Positions 44,776 to 52,585 of a stretch of 64,000 nt of DNA are shown here, in pieces; the stretch's first letter is position 1; each line of letters starts with the position of its first letter. The position numbers and the translations under genes are program-made. The stretch lies in the IMG/VR virus record IMGVR_UViG_3300042462_000689; one strand, given 5' to 3'. The notes under the pieces were generated by a model. That model saw nothing but the letters and a program-made list of their open reading frames with translations, ran no database searches and was not told the DNA's origin. Source of the DNA: a virus.

Positions 44776-46182
44776 ATGCCCGCAAAAAATAAAAGAACCC
44801 CGCGCAAGTCCTCCGTAACGCAGGCGCGCGAAGAACTGGAACAGGCCGCCGAGAAGGCCGCCAAAAAGAAACTCAGGGACGAGGCTCCACCCGTGGACAT
44901 CTTCGACCCCAAGGATCGCACGCAGGAGATCGTGCAGAAGACACTGAACACGATCCTCTCGGCCCGAAACAACCGGCCCACCGGCTTCGCCACGCTGTCG
45001 GAAATCCAACGGTCGATGATTCCGCTGCCGCATTTCTACTGGCGGTATCTGCTGGCATCCTACGGGATTCCCAAGCAATGCATCATCAGCCTCATCGGCG
45101 CGGAGCACATCGGCAAGACGACCCTGGGCCTCACGCTCGCGGCCGCCAATATCGCCGACCATGGCTTCTCGCTTTGGATTGAGACGGAGAACAAGCCCTT
45201 CCTGCCGCAGCATGTCTGGCGGTTGATGGACCCAAATGTGGAGCGGTCGATCATCATGGAGCGCAAGGGCCTCACCTACAAGCCGGCCCGGACGCTGGAT
45301 GAAATGGTGGAAGTGATGACCGAGTGGGTGCAGGTGATGCGTGGCGTGAAGAGCCGCGGCAAGGAGACGGTCTGCGTGCCGATGTCCCAGACGCTGCTGG
45401 TATTCGTGGACACGCTCAGCAAGCTGATGACCCCGCAGGAGGCCGTAGGCAATTACGACTACGCCAAATACATGTCCGTCGGCGAGGGCAAGAAAGCCGC
45501 CAAAATGAAAAATATCGGCGAGGGCTCAAATCTGAAATTCGCCACGTTCGTGCATGAATTCATGCGCAAGCTGCCCGCCTTCACGCAGCAGTACAATGTG
45601 GTGATCATCTTCGCCGAGCACCAAAATGACGAGGTGGACATGTCCGGCCTCAGCTCCTTCATGCCCGAGACGTGGACGGCCATGTTCAACAAGAAGAAGA
45701 TCGGCGGCAGGGCCACGAACCAGAGTTCGGCGATCCAGCTCATCATGGCGAAGCAAGGAGATCTTCAAAATGAGGACAAAAAGATCATCGGAAAGCGCGT
45801 GCGGGTGCGGTGCGACAAGAATACGTTTGGGGTGAACTCACGCATCATGTCCTACGAACTGCACATGGATTACAAGGACCGCCTGGGCGAGAACGGGCTG
45901 ATCGAGCACTGGGATCGCGTGCTGCGGATGGACGAGCCCATGCTGCGGTGGATGCTGGATGAAAAGCTGCTGGATCTGTCGGTGACGGATACGGGCCTTT
46001 GGTCCTGCCCCTCGCTCGGCGTCCTCGGTAAGCCGGCGGTGTCGGTGGTGAATGCATTTCATGCCAATTTGGAATTGCAGAAAAAGCTCGGCAAGCAATT
46101 GATGATTGAAGGCTACCACGACACCGTGGAGGAGATTCAGCAGGCCATTGCGGATTACCGGGCAGAACCTAAGAGCAAATGA
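44776..46182 (+). CDS. recA: RecA-like recombinase
   Basis: IGAEHIGKTT Walker A, WIETE, VFVDTLS Walker B, IGGRA...SSAIQL, VRCDKN. Confidence 0.85.
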   Translation: MPAKNKRTPRKSSVTQAREELEQAAEKAAKKKLRDEAPPVDIFDPKDRTQEIVQKTLNTILSARNNRPTGFATLSEIQRSMIPLPHFYWRYLLASYGIPKQCIISLIGAEHIGKTTLGLTLAAANIADHGFSLWIETENKPFLPQHVWRLMDPNVERSIIMERKGLTYKPARTLDEMVEVMTEWVQVMRGVKSRGKETVCVPMSQTLLVFVDTLSKLMTPQEAVGNYDYAKYMSVGEGKKAAKMKNIGEGSNLKFATFVHEFMRKLPAFTQQYNVVIIFAEHQNDEVDMSGLSSFMPETWTAMFNKKKIGGRATNQSSAIQLIMAKQGDLQNEDKKIIGKRVRVRCDKNTFGVNSRIMSYELHMDYKDRLGENGLIEHWDRVLRMDEPMLRWMLDEKLLDLSVTDTGLWSCPSLGVLGKPAVSVVNAFHANLELQKKLGKQLMIEGYHDTVEEIQQAIADYRAEPKSK

Positions 46183-46397
46183 GTGATTCAAAATTCAAAT
46201 CAATTGAGACGGCCCCGAAGGATGGGACGCGTATCCTTGCCTTTATGCTTGGTTCATGGAGGGTTGCCTCTTGGGAATTGCAGACATATCACAAGAAGCC
46301 TAATCCATTTTGGCAAGCGGAGGGGCCATGGGGCACGGGTCATAATAGGCGCAATCAGCCGCAATGGTGGACGTCACTGCCGGAGGATCCAGAATAA
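46179..46397 (+). CDS. small hypothetical protein (DUF551-like)
   Basis: IETAPKDGTRILA...WWTSLPEDP phage accessory motif. Confidence 0.65.
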   Translation: MSDSKFKSIETAPKDGTRILAFMLGSWRVASWELQTYHKKPNPFWQAEGPWGTGHNRRNQPQWWTSLPEDPE

Positions 46398-46639
46398 TGA
46401 AAATTCGAATCCCAATGGTGGTCAGTGAGAACGGAAATATCAGCTCGTCTTTTTTCCGGGCGAGCGACGGAGGCGAGCATCAGGATGTGGGTCTGCTGTG
46501 GGAGGATGTTCCGCCGCACCTGCAGGCACGGCTGCTGCATGTCGTCGTCGAGGTGGACATCGAGGCGTTGTTCAAGGATGCGACCATCGAGGGCAGTGTA
46601 GATCTGCAGGTATCCAGGGAGATTCCAAATGGCGCATAG
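46397..46639 (+). CDS. small hypothetical protein
   Basis: 80 aa, TAATG overlap. Confidence 0.6.
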   Translation: MKIRIPMVVSENGNISSSFFRASDGGEHQDVGLLWEDVPPHLQARLLHVVVEVDIEALFKDATIEGSVDLQVSREIPNGA

Positions 46640-47075
46640 CCCCCTAAAATTCACGCAATCAGTGTCGGCGTTGTTCCGGGTGCCGGCGCAGAATGGCGAG
46701 CGCATCGAGGCCTACCTCTACCGCCTGAGCGGCATCCTGTCCTCGGCATCCTCCTTCCCGTTTGATTTGGAGCATCTGCGGGTGGATTTCACGGACCTGC
46801 CGGTGGTGGGGGATTTCGCATTTGCGAGACATGCCAGCGCAGCATTGGACAAGGTATTCGACAATTACGACGACGACCGGTATGTGCTGATGGCGGACTC
46901 GCATCGCGGGATGCCCGATGGTTTCATGCTCATCATGCGGACGGAATTGGAGAGGCTCTCGCAGCATGTGGCCTCGGCCCTGCGTTTCTTGAAGACGCCC
47001 AGGATTATGGTGACGGGATCGCGCAGACAGCAGACGGGATTCATCGGGATTCCGCTCACGGCATTTGTAAAATGA
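46629..47075 (+). CDS. hypothetical protein
   Basis: 148 aa. Confidence 0.7.
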   Translation: MAHSPLKFTQSVSALFRVPAQNGERIEAYLYRLSGILSSASSFPFDLEHLRVDFTDLPVVGDFAFARHASAALDKVFDNYDDDRYVLMADSHRGMPDGFMLIMRTELERLSQHVASALRFLKTPRIMVTGSRRQQTGFIGIPLTAFVK

Positions 47076-47341
47076 ACACAGAAACAACTAAAACAATGAA
47101 AACGAAAATCGGCACTTCCGCCGAATATCCAGACCCAAAGCCGGAGCCAGGATGGTCCGTATGGATCGAGAACGGGGTGTGGTTTACCGCACCGACAGTG
47201 GACCCGGAGAAATTTGGAGAGCACGCCTACTGGAAGCAGGCCTGGGTCGGCAATTGCAAATGTGGGTGTGAAATGCATAGCTCATCGAGCAGCGGTTCCG
47301 TAGACCCATTTGGGGCGTGCCCGGAAAATCCAAAACAATAA
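47072..47341 (+). CDS. hypothetical protein
   Basis: 89 aa, Cys cluster. Confidence 0.65.
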   Translation: MNTETTKTMKTKIGTSAEYPDPKPEPGWSVWIENGVWFTAPTVDPEKFGEHAYWKQAWVGNCKCGCEMHSSSSSGSVDPFGACPENPKQ

Positions 47342-47343
47342 CC

Positions 47344-47757
47344 ATGGAGAAAGACCAAATTGTTCTTCAGGGATGGATCGAGGTGCTTCACCGGACATCC
47401 AAATCAATTCCTCGGTGTTGTCGGGATTTGAGGCGCGAGGATTACGCCCCGGCCGCACCAACCCCACTGCCCTTAAATGAGTACGATCTGATGACGCAAA
47501 TTCTGGCGCAGTTTCTCAGCCCGCAAATGGTGCCGGCGGAGGGGATGGAATTGCGGGGGCTTCGTGAGTATGACGTCATCGCCAACTACATCACAACTCC
47601 GCCACTCAGAAGCTCGACGCTCATCCTGGTCTCGCCGAAGAATGCAGGGAAGTTCTACACAGCAGGGATGGATGTGTACGGGTCTTCGCACACAGAATTG
47701 AAAATGATTCCATTGCCGGCGGCGCTTAGATTTGCCCCATTCTTTCGAAACCAATAA
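47344..47757 (+). CDS. hypothetical protein
   Basis: 137 aa, tightly packed. Confidence 0.65.
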   Translation: MEKDQIVLQGWIEVLHRTSKSIPRCCRDLRREDYAPAAPTPLPLNEYDLMTQILAQFLSPQMVPAEGMELRGLREYDVIANYITTPPLRSSTLILVSPKNAGKFYTAGMDVYGSSHTELKMIPLPAALRFAPFFRNQ

Positions 47758-47759
47758 CC

Positions 47760-48278
47760 ATGAACGTATTGATAAACTTCACCTGCATCGGCGATACGGA
47801 ATTTCCTAGCGATCCCTGGCAAATGACACCCAAGGATACGCCGGAGACTGCGTGGATAGTAGAGGTGGCATCGCTGGGCGCGTCAGTGTTTAAGGAGGAG
47901 CGGATGGTGTTTGAGAACGGGCTGGAGGATGCACTGATGAAGACACCAGCCTTTCTGGACTCGTGGCGATCCAGGGCGGCAGGCACACTGGAAGCATGTC
48001 CTGTGGACGTCATCTACGGCATCCACATCAAATCCGTCCTGCTGCGCCTGCTGGGCCGCTGGGCTGTGCTACGTGGAGCCCCCAATTGCAATCTCATCAA
48101 TCCCCCTGTTGGCACTCCGGTGTTCCAGGATTTGTGCGAGCTGTTCAATTATCCGGCGGGTCTCACCAAGGAGGAGCGGTATTCGTTCTCCCCGGCACGC
48201 ATTGACCGCGTGTTGAACATCAAATCAGGTTCCTCGACGGAGGCGGCCTGGAATCTGGCGAGGCGGTTCATCAGCTAG
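47760..48278 (+). CDS. hypothetical protein
   Basis: 172 aa. Confidence 0.7.
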   Translation: MNVLINFTCIGDTEFPSDPWQMTPKDTPETAWIVEVASLGASVFKEERMVFENGLEDALMKTPAFLDSWRSRAAGTLEACPVDVIYGIHIKSVLLRLLGRWAVLRGAPNCNLINPPVGTPVFQDLCELFNYPAGLTKEERYSFSPARIDRVLNIKSGSSTEAAWNLARRFIS

Positions 48279-48283
48279 CTCAC

Positions 48284-48643
48284 ATGTACACAGAAAAAGT
48301 AAATCGAGTCATCAGGGAGAGAATGCCCGCGGGATTTATTGAAGGAATCCGTTGGAAGTTTCTCGGGCAATGGATTGTGTTCAACCCCGCCGAGGATTTG
48401 AACGCATGTGCCGCGTTTGAGCAGACATTGGATCCCGTCAAGAACCTGCTCAATGCGGAAGACGGAGAAGAAACACAATGGGGCAACTACGTGTGGAATC
48501 TGGAGCATACGGGCGAGCCAACATGCGCCGAGGAGGATATCTACAACCGCACAATCAGTGCAACGCCGATGCAGAGATGCAAGGCATACATCAAGACCGT
48601 ATGCCCGGAAGAATGGGAGGAGACTCCCCACAAAAACAAATGA
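48284..48643 (+). CDS. hypothetical protein
   Basis: 119 aa, ATGA overlap with recQ. Confidence 0.7.
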   Translation: MYTEKVNRVIRERMPAGFIEGIRWKFLGQWIVFNPAEDLNACAAFEQTLDPVKNLLNAEDGEETQWGNYVWNLEHTGEPTCAEEDIYNRTISATPMQRCKAYIKTVCPEEWEETPHKNK

Positions 48644-50361
48644 GTGAAACAACAACAGCCTTCTCGGCCGTAAGATTCCCCGACCGGAACAATATCAACA
48701 ACATGGCGCAGTGCGCCCGCGGGTTTCAAAACCTGAATGCGGTGCTCAAGCGGATGGGGTTCGACAAATTGCGCAAGGGGCAGGACGGGGTGATCACGAG
48801 CATCATGTGCAATCGGGATACGCTTTGCGTGCTTCCCACGGCGACTGGGAAATCGGCCTGTTTTACAATCCCCACGCTCGCGCTGGATTGGAGGACGCTG
48901 ATCTTCGTGCCGCTGGTGGCGCTGATGCGTGACCAGGTGCAGAGTCTGTGGAGAAAAGGCATCTCGGAGGCCGGCTGTCTTTCCAGCCTGCAATCCGAGG
49001 GTGAGAACGTACAGGTGGCGCGGGATTGGATGTCCGGCAAATTACGGTTCCTGTTCGTCGCACCGGAGCGATTGAGGAATCCATGGTTCCAGCAGGCAAT
49101 GAAGGCGGTTGCGCCTGATTTGATCGCGGTGGACGAAGCTCACTGCTTGTCCGAGCACGGGGACGATTTCCGTCCGGACTATTGCAAGATCGGCGACTAC
49201 CTTCGCGAGAACCCCCCGAAGGTGGTGGCGGCATTCAGTGCGACGGTGGACGAGGAGGCGGAACTGGATATCCGCCGCGTACTCTGCATGAACAACGCCG
49301 TGAAGGTGACGCACATGCCGCGACGCAAGAATCTGATTCTGAGCAGCAGCGATTTGACCCACGACAATGACGTCGTGGATTTCCTGGAGGAGAAGATCAA
49401 GGAAAAGGAAAGCTTCGTGGTCTATTGCTCGACTGTGAAGCATGTCGAGGAATTCACGATCTTCCTGCAGGCCAACCTGAAAGGGGAGGTCGGGATGTAT
49501 CATGGAAAGCTGACACCGGCGCAGAAGCGATCCATGCAAGATGAGTTCATGAAGGACCGGGTGCCGGGGGTGGTGGCCACGAATGCATTCGGTATGGGTG
49601 TGGATAAACCGAGCATTCGGGCCGTCGTTTACCGAGACATGCCCGGTAATCTGGGTGAGCTTAGCCAGGGGCAAGGCCGTGCCGGTCGCGATGGGAACAT
49701 CTCCCACTGTCACACCTTCTTCGACGACAACGGTCTGCGCACCCAGAACTGGTTCCTGATGACCAAGTATCCCAGCGAGTCGGCGGTGCGGTCGGTGTTC
49801 CTGGCGTTGAAGAAACTACAAAAGCCAAATGGCATGGTGCAGGCCAGCTACGACGACATCGCCAAGGTGGCGCAGGGACATGCCGCGCAAATCGGCGCCG
49901 CCCTGCAAAACCTCAAAGCGGCCGCGGTCATCGAGAGCACCAGGCCCGAGACCAAGAATCACAAAATCAAATTCCTGGATGAAGTGCCGAAGGCGCAGGA
50001 TTTGCGCTTTGAGGAGTACAAGCACGTGATCAATCAAATCGGCGTGGAGGACAACAACACCGGCCTGTTGATGGTGGATGCGGATACGCTGGCGGAGCGG
50101 CTGGATGTGGGAGACCAGACCATTCGCAACAACCTGCGCAAATACCAGTCGGCGGGTTTTCTGTATTTCGAGCCGCCCTACAATGGCTCGGACATCAAAA
50201 TCATCGGAGGAATTGAACGCATGGAGTTTGGGCGGCTCAAGGACAAGCAGGCGGCGGCGGAGAAAAAATTGAAAATGGTTTTGGATTACAACCATGTGCC
50301 GGATGATCAAAAGCATTCTTTCCTGGAGAAATACTTCGGCATCACCGAGCCTTCCGAATAA
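48640..50361 (+). CDS. recQ: RecQ-family DNA helicase
   Basis: LPTATGKS, AVDEAHCLSEHGDDFRPDY, ATNAFGMGVDK, QGRAGRDG. Confidence 0.92.
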   Translation: MSETTTAFSAVRFPDRNNINNMAQCARGFQNLNAVLKRMGFDKLRKGQDGVITSIMCNRDTLCVLPTATGKSACFTIPTLALDWRTLIFVPLVALMRDQVQSLWRKGISEAGCLSSLQSEGENVQVARDWMSGKLRFLFVAPERLRNPWFQQAMKAVAPDLIAVDEAHCLSEHGDDFRPDYCKIGDYLRENPPKVVAAFSATVDEEAELDIRRVLCMNNAVKVTHMPRRKNLILSSSDLTHDNDVVDFLEEKIKEKESFVVYCSTVKHVEEFTIFLQANLKGEVGMYHGKLTPAQKRSMQDEFMKDRVPGVVATNAFGMGVDKPSIRAVVYRDMPGNLGELSQGQGRAGRDGNISHCHTFFDDNGLRTQNWFLMTKYPSESAVRSVFLALKKLQKPNGMVQASYDDIAKVAQGHAAQIGAALQNLKAAAVIESTRPETKNHKIKFLDEVPKAQDLRFEEYKHVINQIGVEDNNTGLLMVDADTLAERLDVGDQTIRNNLRKYQSAGFLYFEPPYNGSDIKIIGGIERMEFGRLKDKQAAAEKKLKMVLDYNHVPDDQKHSFLEKYFGITEPSE

Positions 50362-50370
50362 ATAAAGCAA

Positions 50371-50615
50371 ATGAGTTTGAATCTTGAAAGTGTTCCGTGG
50401 ATTGCGGGAATTGGCGTAATTGCGGCGTGTTGGCGATCGTGTCTGTCTTTTTTAAGCAGGGTGCGATCGTTCTTTGTGGTGAAGACGGTGCTGCGCGGGG
50501 ATGTGAGCACCATGCCAATTTCGACATCATCGAGGCGCGGAACAAGGCGGAAGCCGTGAAAATCGCACGGAAGCGATTTGAAGACGTGATGGACGTGGTG
50601 GAAGTTTCCACGTAA
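50371..50615 (+). pseudogene. possible out-of-frame chimera of two gene fragments
   Basis: Membrane-anchor-like start in one frame (50371..50559); protein-like tail IIEARNKAEAVKIARKRF in another frame ending 50615. Confidence 0.3.
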
Positions 50616-50624
50616 GAAGTCCGG

Positions 50625-51113
50625 ATGCCCGACGAACCTCGCCTACACATCCCGCCGGAAATCATTCCGGTAATTCAAAATGCATCGGCGAGGTACGCGG
50701 CGAGCATCAGCAATGATGCCCCGAGGCTGTCCACGGAGGAACCACACCTCATCTCGGACATGGCCTGCGCCTGTAAGAAGTTCAAACCGGCCGTGGATTT
50801 CCCGCTGTATGACACCGGACAGATGCAGGCATTCAACACGGTGTGCCGGGGATGTGAGAAGCAATGGGCCCCATTTGCGCGGATCATTTGCAAGAACTGT
50901 CGGATACCGGCCATGTTCGTTTCGCCGCACAAGGACGACAAGGGGTTCGAGTTCGTAAAGGGGCGATCGTATCACGTCACCGTGTGTCCGAATTGCGACC
51001 CGACGGCGAAGGCGGCAATTCCGGTGGAGAAAATAGTATTTGATTATCGGAGGTCGGGGAGTCAGCTTCCAATGAAGGAATTCGCCAGACTCGTCATGGG
51101 TCGCGGGTTCTGA
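50625..51113 (+). CDS. Zn-finger hypothetical protein
   Basis: CAC, CRGC, CKNC and CPNC motifs. Confidence 0.75.
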   Translation: MPDEPRLHIPPEIIPVIQNASARYAASISNDAPRLSTEEPHLISDMACACKKFKPAVDFPLYDTGQMQAFNTVCRGCEKQWAPFARIICKNCRIPAMFVSPHKDDKGFEFVKGRSYHVTVCPNCDPTAKAAIPVEKIVFDYRRSGSQLPMKEFARLVMGRGF

Positions 51114-51136
51114 AACCAAATCACCTCTGTATTCCA

Positions 51137-51769
51137 ATGAACCAAGAACTCAAGAAACCCACCCTCTCCGACGCCACCCGCACCCCCATCGCCGCATTCA
51201 AGCCGGCGTATTTGGATCAGCGGGGCGGTGACGACAAGCTGATGCTCGTGGCAGTCACACCCACCGGCCAGCAGCGGAGCGTGCAATGCACCCCGCAGGT
51301 ATTTGCCGCGGCCTACGGGCAGCCCCTGCCGGACAACAAGCATTCCGCACTGGACCGCCTCACCGAGCACGACTTCGTGATGCTCACCAAAAATATCAAA
51401 GGCACGGATATGTGCGTCGGCGTGCATGTCTTCCCGCGCAATGATTTCCTCGGCACTTCGATTCCGATCAAGGCAGCAGAGGTGGATGTCGTGGAAGTGG
51501 TCATCAACCCGGCCAGCGGGGAGCTGAATGTCCGCAAGGCCCCGATCTCCGTGAAGGCGCCTTCGATGCATCGCATCCTCGCCGCGATCGACAAGCGCGA
51601 CACGCTCAAGGTGGGTGAAGTCATTGATTCGGGGCTCGGACTCCGAGTGAAGAACATCATCGGCAACGAGGTGCAATTTACGGTCAACATCTCCACGGCG
51701 CGGCAGGAGCGCACCACGCTCGGTAATGTGATGGCGGCGGCCAATGCGCCGGCGGCGGTGCCTGCGTAG
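51137..51769 (+). CDS. hypothetical protein
   Basis: 210 aa, strong codon bias like the core genes. Confidence 0.8.
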   Translation: MNQELKKPTLSDATRTPIAAFKPAYLDQRGGDDKLMLVAVTPTGQQRSVQCTPQVFAAAYGQPLPDNKHSALDRLTEHDFVMLTKNIKGTDMCVGVHVFPRNDFLGTSIPIKAAEVDVVEVVINPASGELNVRKAPISVKAPSMHRILAAIDKRDTLKVGEVIDSGLGLRVKNIIGNEVQFTVNISTARQERTTLGNVMAAANAPAAVPA

Positions 51770-51809
51770 TCTGCAATTCAAATTCTGAAGGCCAACGGGC
51801 GCTCCTTGT

Positions 51810-51837
51810 GAAATACGGGGAGCGCCCGAGTCATATA
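51810..51837 (+). promoter_or_regulatory. GAAATA-N16-CATATA putative phage promoter, copy 3
   Basis: tGAAATAcggggagcgcccgagtCATATAcaa; the first 12 nt and last 9 nt are identical to copy 1. Confidence 0.55.
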
Positions 51838-51880
51838 CAAGTGTAGCGCCACTGGTTTCTTTTATGGCGAATGGAGCGGT

Positions 51881-51908
51881 TTCAAAATTCAAAATTCAAA
51901 ATTCAAAG
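51881..51908 (+). repeat. TTCAAA(A/G) heptamer x4
   Basis: TTCAAAA TTCAAAA TTCAAAA TTCAAAG, intergenic. Confidence 0.85.
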
Positions 51909-51925
51909 TGAACGAAAATACAAAA

Positions 51926-52087
51926 ATGCCGCCCGAACCCCCCTCACCGAAACCCACATCCGAATTCACCATATGGCATGGGATGTGGATCGTGATCGGG
52001 GTCATTGCCGTAGTGCACTTCATCCCACCGGTCCTGATCTGTTTGGGTGGGGGAATTGCGCTGGCGGCGGCGGGAGACAAGATCTGA
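51926..52087 (+). CDS. small membrane protein (53 aa)
   Basis: Translated by hand: MPPEPP...WIVIGVIAVVHFIPPVLICLGGGIALAAAG. Confidence 0.55.
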   Translation: MPPEPPSPKPTSEFTIWHGMWIVIGVIAVVHFIPPVLICLGGGIALAAAGDKI

Positions 52088-52088
52088 A

Positions 52089-52265
52089 ATGAAACTGACA
52101 CTGACGATTCGTGAGCTGTCGAATTACAACTGGGACAAGGTGTGTGCCGTGACAGGGTTGAATCCCTGGTGCATGGCCGAGGGCCTCGCCTCCGGCGACG
52201 AGGCAGTCGAGCTGACGGAAGAGCAGGCGCGGGAGATTGGCGTGATGTCGAAGCGGGAGGAGTGA
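52089..52265 (+). CDS. small hypothetical protein
   Basis: 58 aa, 1 nt after previous stop. Confidence 0.65.
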   Translation: MKLTLTIRELSNYNWDKVCAVTGLNPWCMAEGLASGDEAVELTEEQAREIGVMSKREE

Positions 52266-52295
52266 GCTTTGAAGTAAATACAAACCAGAAATCAA

Positions 52296-52511
52296 ATGAC
52301 CAATGCGCAAGGAATGATAATGCGGCGGGTGATCGCGGAGGGCGGCTCCTCACAAATCCGGCGCGGGTTCAAGACAATGATCGAATGGGAGCAAGGCAGG
52401 AAGCTCTGTGATGAAGGGCTGTTGTCCATTGTCACGCTGGATGCCGCGCCCATGTGGTGGACGATCACGCCGGCGGGACGGAAAGCCTGCGAGGAATACG
52501 GATTGAGTTGA
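52296..52511 (+). CDS. small hypothetical protein
   Basis: 71 aa, followed by a terminator. Confidence 0.65.
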   Translation: MTNAQGMIMRRVIAEGGSSQIRRGFKTMIEWEQGRKLCDEGLLSIVTLDAAPMWWTITPAGRKACEEYGLS

Positions 52512-52516
52512 GATTT

Positions 52517-52549
52517 GAAGGAGGGGCGAACGGGCGCCCCTCCTTCTTT
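52517..52549 (+). terminator. intrinsic terminator
   Basis: Perfect 12-bp stem GAAGGAGGGGCG/CGCCCCTCCTTC followed by TTT. Confidence 0.7.
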
Positions 52550-52585
52550 ACCTGGCGCATCTTTTGGGTATGCTGGTGGACGCAA

